A stretch of DNA of 63,854 bases, the filler included, from Mustelus asterias (lineage: Eukaryota): the NCBI RefSeq assembly GCF_964213995.1. It is 5 parts of 5 records of this genome, joined end to end, with 100 filler letters (N's around TTAATTAATTAA, not from the genome) between each part and the next. Parts side by side here need not be neighbours in the genome. Positions count along the whole stretch, not along the records: positions 50,857 to 55,527 come from NC_135820.1; positions 55,628 to 60,882 come from NW_027591086.1; 3 more parts are not named here. One strand, written 5' to 3'. Positions 50,757 through 60,982 of this stretch are shown in pieces. The position numbers and the translations under genes are program-made. Under the pieces are notes generated by a model that saw nothing but the letters and a program-made list of their open reading frames with translations, did not search any database and was not told the DNA's origin. Position 1 is the stretch's first letter. Every line of letters begins with the position of its first letter.

Positions 50757-50856
50757 NNNNNNNNNNNNNNNNNNNNNNNNNNNNNNNNNNNNNNNNNNNN
50801 TTAATTAATTAANNNNNNNNNNNNNNNNNNNNNNNNNNNNNNNNNNNNNNNNNNNN
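50757..50856. other. Artificial 100-bp contig spacer
   Basis: 44N-TTAATTAATTAA-44N. Confidence 0.97.
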
Positions 50857-51133
50857 CACCCGGAAACAAGGCTTTAGAACTGAAGGCTTTAATACATTAA
50901 CAATGAAACTACTAACACAAATTCACCCGTTCAGACTGAAGGGGTCCTGCCGGAGCAGGGGGTCTTATACCCTGCCACCGGAGGCGGGACCCCACTGGAG
51001 TGTGCCATGATAACACCCAGGACAGGTAAACACCCTATCCCAACAACATAGTACAACCCCCATAACAACAACACCCTAGCCCAACAGTAACACAATAACA
51101 ACCCCAGTGGTGAACCAACGATGGTTCACCACA
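50857..51133 (-). repeat. 3' LTR (cut by the contig edge)
   Basis: Nearly identical to 55270-55527. Confidence 0.95.
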
Positions 51134-51205
51134 TTCACCCCTCCTTTAGGAACCAAAGGTGGCGGGGTGGATGAAAACAGACAATGACAAAAAAAATAAC
51201 AGGAT

Positions 51206-52822
51206 TCACAAGTCCAGACGGTCTGGAGGACCACACCGACGCTGCGATCTTCTCAACACCGGTTGCGAAACCGGAGCAGGTGCTTGCGGTGGCTCTCTCA
51301 AAACAACATCTGGCTGTCCCCTCAAAGACTCCCGGGCCGGCCGGCCCTGATGAGGCGATGGTGTAGGGGATCCTGGAACGTTTGGTGGTGGTGGTGGTGG
51401 TGATGATGGTGGCGCCGATCTCCGAGTCTCAGGCAAGCTGTACATGGGAGTAAAAGTGTTATGCACTGGTCCCGGTGCTGACCGCGCCACGTCTGGGGAA
51501 GTAATGAGGAGTAGTGGATCTGTGACTGGGGGAATAGGAGCGACAGGAGTTGCTACGTCCCCTGCGGGCGCCAGGTCTCTAATGGAGACAGTGTCCTCTC
51601 GCCCGTCAGGATATGCCACATAGGCATACTGAGGGTTGGCGTGGAGGAGTTGGACCGGTTCGACCAAGGGGTCGGACTTGCGAGCCCTCACATGGCGCCA
51701 CAGAAGGACGGGTCCTGGGTACGTCAACCAGGCTGGCAATGAGGTCCCCGAGGACGACTTCCGAGGGAATGAGAACATCCTCTCGTGGGGAGTAGCATTG
51801 GTTGCCGTACACAGGAGGGAGCGGATAGAATGGAGCGCAGTTGGAAGGACCTCCTGCCACCGGGAGACTGGAAGGCCCTTGGATTTCAGTGCCAGTAGGA
51901 CAGCCTTCCAGACTGTAGCATTCTCCCTTTCCACCTGTCCGTTACCCCTAGGGTTGTAGCTCGTGGTCCTACTAGAGGCAATCCCGAATGAGAGCAGGAA
52001 TTGCCTCAAGTCGTTGCTCATGAACGACGAGCCCCTGTCGCTATGAATATAGCAGGGGTACCCGAACAGGGTAAAAAGCTCACTGAATGCCTTGATGACG
52101 GTGGCAGTCGACGTGTCCGCACAGGGGAAAACAAACGGAAACCGGGAAAATTCGTCTATTATGTTAAGAAAATAGACATTCCGATCCGTTGAGGGAAGGG
52201 GGCCCTTAAAATCTACACTCAGCCTCTCAAAAGGGCGAGTGGCCTTGACCAAATGTGCCCGGTCTGGTCGATAAAAGTGTGGTTTGCATTCTGCGCAAAT
52301 CCGACAACTTCTAGTAACTGACCTGACCTCCTCCACCGAGTAGGGTAGGTTGCGGGCTTTTATGAAGTGGTAGAGTCTGGTGACTCCAGGATGACACAGA
52401 TCATTGTGGAGAGCCTTCAAGCGGTCCTCCTGCATGATGGCGCATGTTCCGCGCGAGAGGGCATCCGAGGGCTCATTGAGCTTCCCTGGACGATACATAA
52501 TATCGTAATTATAGGTGGAGAGCTCAATTCTCCACCGCAAGATCTTATCGTTCTTGATCTTGCCCCTCTGCGTGTTACTGAACATAAACGCCACGGATCG
52601 TTGATCCGTGATCAGGGTGAACCGCTTACCTGCCAGGTAATGGCGCCAGTGTCTGACTGCCTCCACAATGGCCTGAGCCTCCTTTTCCACCGCTGAGTGC
52701 CGAATCTCTGGGCCTTGAAGGGTGCGGGAAAAAAACGCGACGGGCCTGCCTGCCTGGTTTAGTGTGGCGGCTAGGGCGAAGTCCGATGCATCACTCTCCA
52801 CCTGGAAAGGGATGGATTCATC
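51206..52822 (-). CDS. Gypsy RNase H-integrase (continuation of pol)
   Basis: ESDAS, EKEA, TDQ (RNase H); HNDLCH..CRIC zinc finger; D..D..E in SVDF, HSDRG, VERE. Confidence 0.92.
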   Translation of the reverse strand, partial: DESIPFQVESDASDFALAATLNQAGRPVAFFSRTLQGPEIRHSAVEKEAQAIVEAVRHWRHYLAGKRFTLITDQRSVAFMFSNTQRGKIKNDKILRWRIELSTYNYDIMYRPGKLNEPSDALSRGTCAIMQEDRLKALHNDLCHPGVTRLYHFIKARNLPYSVEEVRSVTRSCRICAECKPHFYRPDRAHLVKATRPFERLSVDFKGPLPSTDRNVYFLNIIDEFSRFPFVFPCADTSTATVIKAFSELFTLFGYPCYIHSDRGSSFMSNDLRQFLLSFGIASSRTTSYNPRGNGQVERENATVWKAVLLALKSKGLPVSRWQEVLPTALHSIRSLLCTATNATPHERMFSFPRKSSSGTSLPAWLTYPGPVLLWRHVRARKSDPLVEPVQLLHANPQYAYVAYPDGREDTVSIRDLAPAGDVATPVAPIPPVTDPLLLITSPDVARSAPGPVHNTFTPMYSLPETRRSAPPSSPPPPPPNVPGSPTPSPHQGRPARESLRGQPDVVLREPPQAPAPVSQPVLRRSQRRCGPPDRLDL

Positions 52823-55230
52823 GTGGCTTTCGAGATGTCGCTTTTCAAAACCTTGAAGGCCAATTGGGCCTCCGGCGTAAGTGGGAAGGTCGTGGACTTA
52901 ATGAGCGGACGAGCTTTGTCCGCGTAGTTGGGGACCCACTGTGCATAATACGAAAAGAACCCGAGGCATCTCCTCAGTGCTTTCGTGCTAGCGGGCAAGG
53001 GAAGTTCAGTGAGTGGGCGCATACGGTCTGGATCAGGGCCAATGACCCCGTTTTCCACCACGTATCCGAGGATGGCTAACCTATGCGTACGGAATACGCA
53101 CTTCTCCCTGTTATAGGTCAGATTCAGGCGAGATGCAGTGCGTAGAAAGTGTTGGAGATTCGTGTCGTGGTCCTGCTGGTCATGGCCGCAGATGGTGACG
53201 TTATCCAGGTACGGGAAGGTAGCCCGCAACCCGTTCTGGTCCACCATTCGGTCCATAGCACGCTGGAAGACCGAGACCCCATTGGTGACACCAAATGGAA
53301 CCCTGAGGAATTGGTATAGACGACCATCCGCCTCAAAAGCCGTATATTGTCGGTCCTCTGGGCGGATGGGGAGTTGATGGTAGGCGGACTTAAGGTCTAT
53401 GGTAGAAAACACTCGGTACTGCGCAATCTGATTGACCATATCAGAAATGCGCGGGAGAGGATACGCATCCAGCTGCGTGTATCTATTAATGGTCTGACTA
53501 TAGTCGATGACCATCCGAGGTTTGTTCCCGCTTTTGACTACCACGACCTGCGCTCTCCACGGACTAGCACTGGCCTGTATGATCCCTTCCTTGAGGAGCC
53601 GCTGAACCTCAGATCTAATAAAGATCCGGTCCTCAGCGCTGTAACGCCTACTTTTAGTAGCGATGGGCTTGCAGCCAGGTACCAGATTTTTAAAAAGGGA
53701 TGGTGTCGTGATCTTCAGGGTGGATAGATTGCACGCGGGGCGCTTTGGGCAATTTGGAGGCTGCGGCTGGTTCCCTACTGCCAGTGAAGGGAGTGGCCCA
53801 CCGTACTGTAGGATCACACTCCTCATGTGGGCCATAAAGTTTAGTCCGAGGAGAATTGGCGCGCAAAGGTGAGGTAGCACAAGGAGCCTGTATTGCTCGT
53901 AAACTGTGCCCTGTACCTCAAGAGTTACCATACATTGTCCTTGGATCGGTACAGACCGGGACTGTGATGCCATGGAAATTGTCTGTTTGGCAGGGAGAAC
54001 CCGGAGTCCACACCTTTTAGCAGTTTCAGGGTGTATGAAACTTTCGGTGCTCCCACTGTCAAACAGACAATTTACAGTTCTGCCACTAACCTTTACCTCC
54101 ATCATAGAATGTTCCAGTCTGTAATGCCTGGTCTGATCCAGAGAGATCGACGCCACCGTTGGCCCCTGGGCGTCACTGCATGCTGCCGATGTGGATGCTG
54201 AGGACCCCTGCTGGTCGCTGCTGCATGCTGCCGATGTGGATGCTGAGGACCCCTGCTGGTCGCTCCTAGTCGTCGTGGACCATGATGGCCGCCCCCATGA
54301 ATCGCATGTGGCCGAGGGCTCCAAGCGCAGCGACTCCTGGTGGTCTTCCTCCTCCTCTGTCTGCCACGATGGCGCCGTCCTGAGATCGCACGTGGTCGGA
54401 CCTCGTGGGTACTGCAGCGCCGAAAGAGATGGTCTCCGTTCTGGAGGGTTACAAGCTGCACTGCCGTTTTTAGGTTTGGACCTGCAGACTTTGCCGTAGT
54501 GGCCTTTTTTACCGCACTGGCTGCAGATTGCCGTTCTTGCCGGACACTGTTGCCGTGGATGCTTGGCCCCACCGCAAAAATAGCATCGCTGGCCACCTGG
54601 AGCTGCCGCCGTCGTCGAATCGATCTGGGAGCGCGGGTTCGCGGGGCGAGGAGGGAGCAGAGCTTGCTCCAACCACGTTGACTGCACGTGGTCCTCGGGG
54701 TACAGCGCCAAGCTCTTCGACGCCGCCTCCAACCTCACGGCCATCCCCATTGCCTGGGTCAAGTTGAGTTTCCCCTTTTCTAATAATTTAAGTCTGATGT
54801 ACGAGGACCCTACCCCTGCTACGAACGCGTCTCGGGTGAGGTCTTGCATGTACTGCTCGGCGGAGACATCCTTACAGTCACAACCCCTGGCAAGCTGCAG
54901 GAGTTCATTGGCGTAGTCTTCTATGGTCTCGCCCGACTGCCGACGTCGTGTAGCGAGGAGATAACGAGCGTGAATCTCGTTGGGTGGCGTAATGTACCTA
55001 TTCTTTAGGAGCTCGACGGCACCCTGGTAAGTGGAAGCTGCACGAATGGCTAGGTAAATCGTGTCGCTTACCCTTGCGTGGAGGACCTGGAGTCTATCAC
55101 TGTCTGTAGTGATAGCTACCGAGGCTGCCAGGTAGTCCTCGAAGCACTTCCACCAATGTTCGAACGTGTTAGCTGCACCGACCGCACGTGGGTCCAGTGT
55201 CAGACGATCCGGTTTTAGGATCTGTTCCAT
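52771..55230 (-). CDS. Gypsy gag-protease-RT polyprotein, frameshifted at the RT/RNase H junction
   Basis: Start MEQILKP; two Cys/His knuckles CYFCGGAKHPRQQC and CSQCGKKGHYGKVC; protease LFDSGS; RT IDLKSAYHQ, PFGV.N, YLDN. Confidence 0.92.
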   Translation of the reverse strand: MEQILKPDRLTLDPRAVGAANTFEHWWKCFEDYLAASVAITTDSDRLQVLHARVSDTIYLAIRAASTYQGAVELLKNRYITPPNEIHARYLLATRRRQSGETIEDYANELLQLARGCDCKDVSAEQYMQDLTRDAFVAGVGSSYIRLKLLEKGKLNLTQAMGMAVRLEAASKSLALYPEDHVQSTWLEQALLPPRPANPRSQIDSTTAAAPGGQRCYFCGGAKHPRQQCPARTAICSQCGKKGHYGKVCRSKPKNGSAACNPPERRPSLSALQYPRGPTTCDLRTAPSWQTEEEEDHQESLRLEPSATCDSWGRPSWSTTTRSDQQGSSASTSAACSSDQQGSSASTSAACSDAQGPTVASISLDQTRHYRLEHSMMEVKVSGRTVNCLFDSGSTESFIHPETAKRCGLRVLPAKQTISMASQSRSVPIQGQCMVTLEVQGTVYEQYRLLVLPHLCAPILLGLNFMAHMRSVILQYGGPLPSLAVGNQPQPPNCPKRPACNLSTLKITTPSLFKNLVPGCKPIATKSRRYSAEDRIFIRSEVQRLLKEGIIQASASPWRAQVVVVKSGNKPRMVIDYSQTINRYTQLDAYPLPRISDMVNQIAQYRVFSTIDLKSAYHQLPIRPEDRQYTAFEADGRLYQFLRVPFGVTNGVSVFQRAMDRMVDQNGLRATFPYLDNVTICGHDQQDHDTNLQHFLRTASRLNLTYNREKCVFRTHRLAILGYVVENGVIGPDPDRMRPLTELPLPASTKALRRCLGFFSYYAQWVPNYADKARPLIKSTTFPLTPEAQLAFKVLKSDISKATMNPSLSRWRVMHRTSP

Positions 55231-55252
55231 ATTCTCAGTTAATGTATTAAAT

Positions 55253-55527
55253 TGATGCACCTCAATGAGCACCCGGAAACAAGGCTTTAGAACTGAAGGC
55301 TTTAATACATTAACAATGAAACTACTAACACAAATTCACCCGTTCAGACTGAAGGGGTCCTGCCGGAGCAGGGGGTCTTATACCCTGCCACCGGAGGCGG
55401 GACCCCACTGGAGTGTGCCATGATAACACCCAGGACAGGTAAACACCCTATCCCAACAACATAGTACAACCCCCATAACAACAACACCCTAGCCCAACAG
55501 TAATACAATAACAACCCCAGTGGTGAA
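55253..55527 (-). repeat. 5' LTR (cut by the contig edge)
   Basis: Ends ...GTGCATCA on the minus strand; contains TATAAG and ATTAAA. Confidence 0.95.
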
Positions 55528-55627
55528 NNNNNNNNNNNNNNNNNNNNNNNNNNNNNNNNNNNNNNNNNNNNTTAATTAATTAANNNNNNNNNNNNNNNNN
55601 NNNNNNNNNNNNNNNNNNNNNNNNNNN
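55528..55627. other. Artificial 100-bp contig spacer
   Basis: 44N-TTAATTAATTAA-44N. Confidence 0.97.
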
Positions 55628-55787
55628 CCCCCCCCGCTTGTTCCCCCCCCCGAGCTGTCCCCCCCTCTCAGACCCGCCCTGACCAATTCCTCTGAGACCC
55701 TCCAGTCCCACCAGGATTTCAGCCCCCCTCCCCCCAAATCCCAGCCCTATCCATAGGGGCCCCTCCCCAGCTCCTGAACTCCTGTCC

Positions 55788-56097
55788 CCAAACCCCACCC
55801 CCACCGACAGACCCAAACCCCACCCCCACCGACAGACCCAAACCCCACCCCCACCGACAGACCCAAACCCCACCCCCACCGACAGACCCAAACCCCACCC
55901 CCACCGACAGACCCAAACCCCACCCCCACCGACAGACCCAGCCCCCACCGACAGACCCGAACCCCACACCCACCCCCACCGACAGACCCGAACCCCACCC
56001 CCACCGACAGACCCGAACCCCACCCCCACCGACAGACCCGAACCCCACCCCCACCGACAGACCCGAACCCCACACCCACCGACAGACCCAACCCCCA
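55788..56097. repeat. 25-bp C-rich minisatellite (CCCCACCCCCACCGACAGACCCAAA)n
   Basis: About 12 tandem copies; reverse-complement copy at ~63280-63590. Confidence 0.95.
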
Positions 56098-57080
56098 CTG
56101 AGCCTAATCCCCCCCGACTCCTGAACCCACTCCCAATCCTAAACCTGCCGCACTCAATCTCTCACCCCCAAATTCCCCTCTCCCCTCCAGGTTCCCCACC
56201 CCCCAAAACCCCCTTTAAATCCCCACTGCCCAAACCCACTCTCAGTCCCTCCACTTAAACCTCTCTGAACCTCCCCTCTGCCCAATCTCTCTCTGCCCCT
56301 CCTCCCGATCCTCTCTGCCCCTCCCCCTGATCCTCTCTGCCCAATCTTCTCCAATCCCAATTCCCCCCCCCCCCCCCCCCCCCACTCCAGCCAAATCTGT
56401 TGTCCCTCCTCACAATCCCTCTAAATCTCCCGATCCTTCCCTCTGAGCCCCGTACCCCGCTCCCCCACTGCCCAAACCATCTTCAAAGCCCCCCGGCTGA
56501 ATATCCCTCTAAGTTCCCCTCTTTCCCCCCACCCCTCTCAACCTGGCAAATTCCCACTCCCTCCCTGTGAACAGCCTCTGGACTGACAGATCCCCCCCCT
56601 TCTAATTAGTAACCCCCCCCCCCCCCCCCCCCACCACACATCTATCCCCGTCCACCACCCCCCTGTAAACAGCTCCTGGTGGAGTTGGATGTGGAAACTC
56701 TGCCCATTTTAAACATTAACGTTCAAACGACTAATTCCCCTGACACTGAGCAGCCTGTGTTATAACATCCCGCACCCCCATCCTGTACAACAGACCCCCT
56801 GTCTGATTCCCCCCCCCCCCTCAATTGCCCCCTTTCTCTGATAACCCCTGACTCTGGTCAGCCTGTGTTATAATATTCCCCCCTCTTGTACAACAGCCTC
56901 CCCCACCAGCCCCTTCCCTCTCTGTCTAATAGCCCCTGGCTCTGAACAAGCCCCTGTATTACACACTCCCCCCTTTCAGCAGTGCTGAATCCCTCTGAAT
57001 TGCCCCCGATTCCCTCCCTCTGCGTTCCTGGGCCTTTGCTGCTTGTGAACAGCAAACCCGTGATCTGGCCCGTCCCCCAC

Positions 57081-57850
57081 GAGAGAGCAGAGAGGGAGAT
57101 AAGAGGCAGAGAAGCAGAGAGATATAGAGATGGAGTTAGAGAGAATGCTACTGTAATTCAGACAGAATGATTCACAGAGAGAGGGAAGCAGAGATCAGAT
57201 ACAGAGAGAGATAAGAGGCAGAGAGATATAGAGATGGAGATAGGATGCGACTGTAATTCAGACATTGATTCACAGAGAAGGGAGGGAGCAGAGATAAGAG
57301 ACAGAGATATAGAGATGGAGTTAGTGAGGAATCTGCTGTGATTCAGACAATGATTCACAGAGAGAGGGAAGCAGAGAACAGATAGAGATATAGAGACAGA
57401 GGATGCTACTTTAATTCAAACAGACTGAGTCAGGGGGAGGCAGAGATAGAGAGAGGGGGAAGCAGAGAGAGATAGAGAGAGTCAAGCAGATAGCTAGAGA
57501 GATAAGACAGAGAAGCAGAGTTAAAGTTCAAATTTTATTCGTCACAAGTAGGCTTACATTAACACTGCAATGAAGTTACTGTGAAAAGATGGAGATAGAG
57601 AGAATGCTGCTGTACTTCAGACAGAATGAGTCAGAGAGGGAGCAGAGATAGATAGAGCGAGAGAGAGATGGAGAGGAGGCTGCTGTGATTGAGATAAAAT
57701 GATCCACAGAGAGGGAGAGAGAGATGTGCAGAGAGGCTGAGATACAAAGTGAGATGTCGAGATAAATAGAAAGTGGGGCTTTGGCAAGACAGTGACAAAG
57801 TTTCAGAGAGAGAGTGAAAGATAGAGAGAATGAGAGAAAAGGGAGAAAGA
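57081..57850. repeat. AG-rich degenerate tandem repeat (~110-bp period)
   Basis: Recurrent GAGATATAGAGATGGAG..CTGTAATTCAGACA..TGATTCACAGAGA. Confidence 0.75.
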
Positions 57851-60800
57851 TGCTGCCATTTTGAGAGGCTGAGGTATAAAGGATGGGGAGAGACAGGGAT
57901 TGGAAAGATGTGGAGAAACAGTTCTGAGGATGGGGGAGTTGCACAGACAGAGCTTCAGGGAGAGGGATTGAAATCTGGGATTACATTGGAGCAGGGATCA
58001 CTGGGAATACCCCCTCCCCCTGACACACAGACCACTAACCCTCCGTGTAAAAGCCCCACCAGTCTATCTGTGAATAAAAATGAACGACCAAGACACGGGG
58101 ACTTTTATTAATATTTTTCTCTCTGGTTATAGCTCTTGTCCGAGGATTCCTCACGGCAAAACTATTCGCTCTCTGCATCGCCAAAGTTTCCAAAGGAATT
58201 CTCCTTGGAAGAGAGAAAGAGAAAATAAAGTGAAATTTGATTAAACACAAAACAAAAGCTGATTATAAACAATAAAAGGCACAGCAAGATCCCAGGACTT
58301 GCTGAAATTCACAATCTCACTGGGGGAGGTGGGGGAAACATTCATTTTCACCTCCTCATTATTAAACCCTGACAAAATGGGAACACGTTTCAAATGCAAT
58401 GAACTTCCAACTGCCTCCTGACTGTCCCGATATTGAATTTATTAAACACATCAAAGCATTCTGGGGGCTTTACTCCAGAGACAGGCCAGTGAAAAAACAC
58501 AGGAGGCCCCAATGAAGTTCCCACTTCTATCAGTCACCTCTCTCCCCTCACTCTGTTTCTCCCTCTCCGTCTCTTACACACTTCCCCCCAGATCTCTATC
58601 TGTCCAATACCCCGTCTCTGCTCCTGTCTCTGGATAACCTGTCCTGATCTCTGCTCTGTTTCTCTATCTCGAGGCGAATCTGGATTGAAATGCTCTCTCT
58701 AAGTTTCTGTCTGACCGTTTAAAATAAAACTCACAATCAAAAGGGAAATGAGAAGGGGGCGGGAGCTGGAAAATCCACAATCCCACCCTGAAGCGGCTGC
58801 TTCACATTTTATTGAACCATTGAATTCAGCCACTTAAACCCTGTTGGGGAATTAAGCGAATGCAAAAGTGCTGCTGAGATTTAGGCCGTGAAGTGAGGCC
58901 TAGTCACAGAGGCTGCATTATTCCTCCGGTAGAAAGAACAAACCCCCCTCTCTCCCACCCCCCAGTTAAACAGAACAATCTTCTCCATCCACACCCACAA
59001 ATCCCAGCGCCCTGTCTAAAAACACAAGCAGGACTCTGGGATTGAGAACAAGCCTTTCCCCCCAGGCTCAGGAATTTGAATTTCAGCTCCCTCTCCCTCC
59101 CGAGTGCTTCACAGTGAGAGAGAGAGAGAGACTGGGAATGCTGCAATCAGGATCCCACAGGGAGTCCCACACTGCAGGAGGACACCCCCCACCCCCAGAG
59201 ACTCTGTCTCTATCCCCCTACCCCCCCTCCCCTGAGCCCCCCCACACTCCCCACCCATTCTCTATTCCTCTCTCTCTACCCCACCCTCCTTCCTCTCCAT
59301 CTTTTCATGTTTAAAGTGTGGGGCGCTGTCACAGTGCAGGGAATATGGGGCGGGGAGGAGGGCACAGCAAGATCCCACACACACAGTCTGAGCAGGGCCA
59401 GATACAAAGTGATTTTTAAGTGAGGATTGGGCTAAAGTGAGTGGGCAATGAGGGAACCACACTTCTCCCTCTCTCTCCCTTGCTCCCCCCCTCCATCTCT
59501 TCCCCCACCCCAAATAAAAATAATGACAAGTCACTCCAGGATTGGGGCTGTTTGTACATTCAATATGAACAGGGAACCTTCCACTTCGAGCACAGTCACA
59601 CCTCTCCCATTCCCTCTGTCTCTCGCTGTTTCTTTCTCTCTGCCTGTTTCTCTGCCTCTATCTCTGAACCTGTCCAGCCCCCTCTGTGTCTCTTTTGCTT
59701 TCCCCCCAGATCTATATATATCCAAACCCCATCTCTGCCCCGGTCTCTCCTACTCTGGATAATCTGTCCTGATCTCTGCTCTGTTTCCCCGTCTGGGGAT
59801 GAATGGGGATTAAAATGCTCTCTCTGATAAGTTTCTGTCTGACCGTTTCAAATAATGACGTGTTGTGGGCCACGCTTGCTATTTCTCAGTGATTTCCGTG
59901 GGGAAATGGGGAGGGAAGCTCCTCCTGCAAAGCCAGATCTCTCTCTCACTGCAATGTGGCAGCAGCCAGATTCCAATATCTTTATATTGGGAAAAAATCT
60001 TTTCAAACACAACAGCACAGATTCAGCCTCAGTCACACAGCCGCTGGTTACAAATCCCACCTTCTGGGAGGGTGTGAGTGAGGGTCTTTTCCCCAGAGAC
60101 TGGGGAGCTGGGCTGTGAGTGCAGAGCAGAGGACCCCCCCCGAACCCACCCCGCCCCTCCAGTGTGTCTCCTCTCCCTGCCCCTCTGCCTTTGATCTCCC
60201 TCTGTTACCCTCCCTTTCTCTCTCCCTCCCTGATAACTCACAATCAAAGGAGAAAGATGGGAGAGAGAGATGCAGCAGGAAAACCCACAATCACATCCCC
60301 AATCCGATGGATTTAAGCGGCTGCTGCAGGTTTTATTCGGCTGCCTTTCTCTCTCTCTCTCTCTGTCTTTCTCTCCTTCCCCCCCTCCCTGTCTCTCTCT
60401 TTCTCTCTCTCTGTCTTTCCCTCCCTGAAATTAAATCAAAAAAATTCACATTGGTGTTTTCCTTCACATTTGATTGAAAGGTGAAATATAGACAGGAATG
60501 TCTGGGGAGAGAGAGAGGGGAGGGGTGCAGAGATTGGGAAGAACGCTGGAGAGACAGAGACAGGGAAATTATGAACCCTCCATCCAAATAGAAATTCCTG
60601 GGAAAAGAGAGAGGAGAATCTGGAGTCACACAGCACAGAAACAGGCCCTTCGGCCCACCAGGTCTATGCTGGCCGTCAAATCCCAATCTATACTCCCCCC
60701 ATTCCCCAGCACTTGCTGCACAGCCTACGATGCCTCGGTGATTTAAGTGCTTTAATTTACGTGACCCCGTTTCCACTTTCTTTCCTTTGAACCCACTTTG

Positions 60801-60882
60801 CGGTCCGTGAGCGAGATTTTGTTTAATAAAGTGTGGTCGCTGTTGCAGTGCGAGCAAAGGCCACAGGCCCTGTGTGTGCACA

Positions 60883-60982
60883 NNNNNNNNNNNNNNNNNN
60901 NNNNNNNNNNNNNNNNNNNNNNNNNNTTAATTAATTAANNNNNNNNNNNNNNNNNNNNNNNNNNNNNNNNNNNNNNNNNNNN
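60883..60982. other. Artificial 100-bp contig spacer
   Basis: 44N-TTAATTAATTAA-44N. Confidence 0.97.

Larger units (their letters stand above)
50857..55527 (-). mobile_element. Ty3/Gypsy LTR retrotransposon, near complete
   Basis: LTRs at 55253->55527 and <50857-51133 (TG..CA), PPT AAAGGAGGGGTGAA at 51134-51147, domain order gag-PR-RT-RNaseH-IN. Confidence 0.97.

Noticed and set aside
55580-56098. Gly/Val/Trp-rich ORFs (also 63286-63658 and 39889-40218)
   Set aside because: G-rich minisatellite or low-complexity translations
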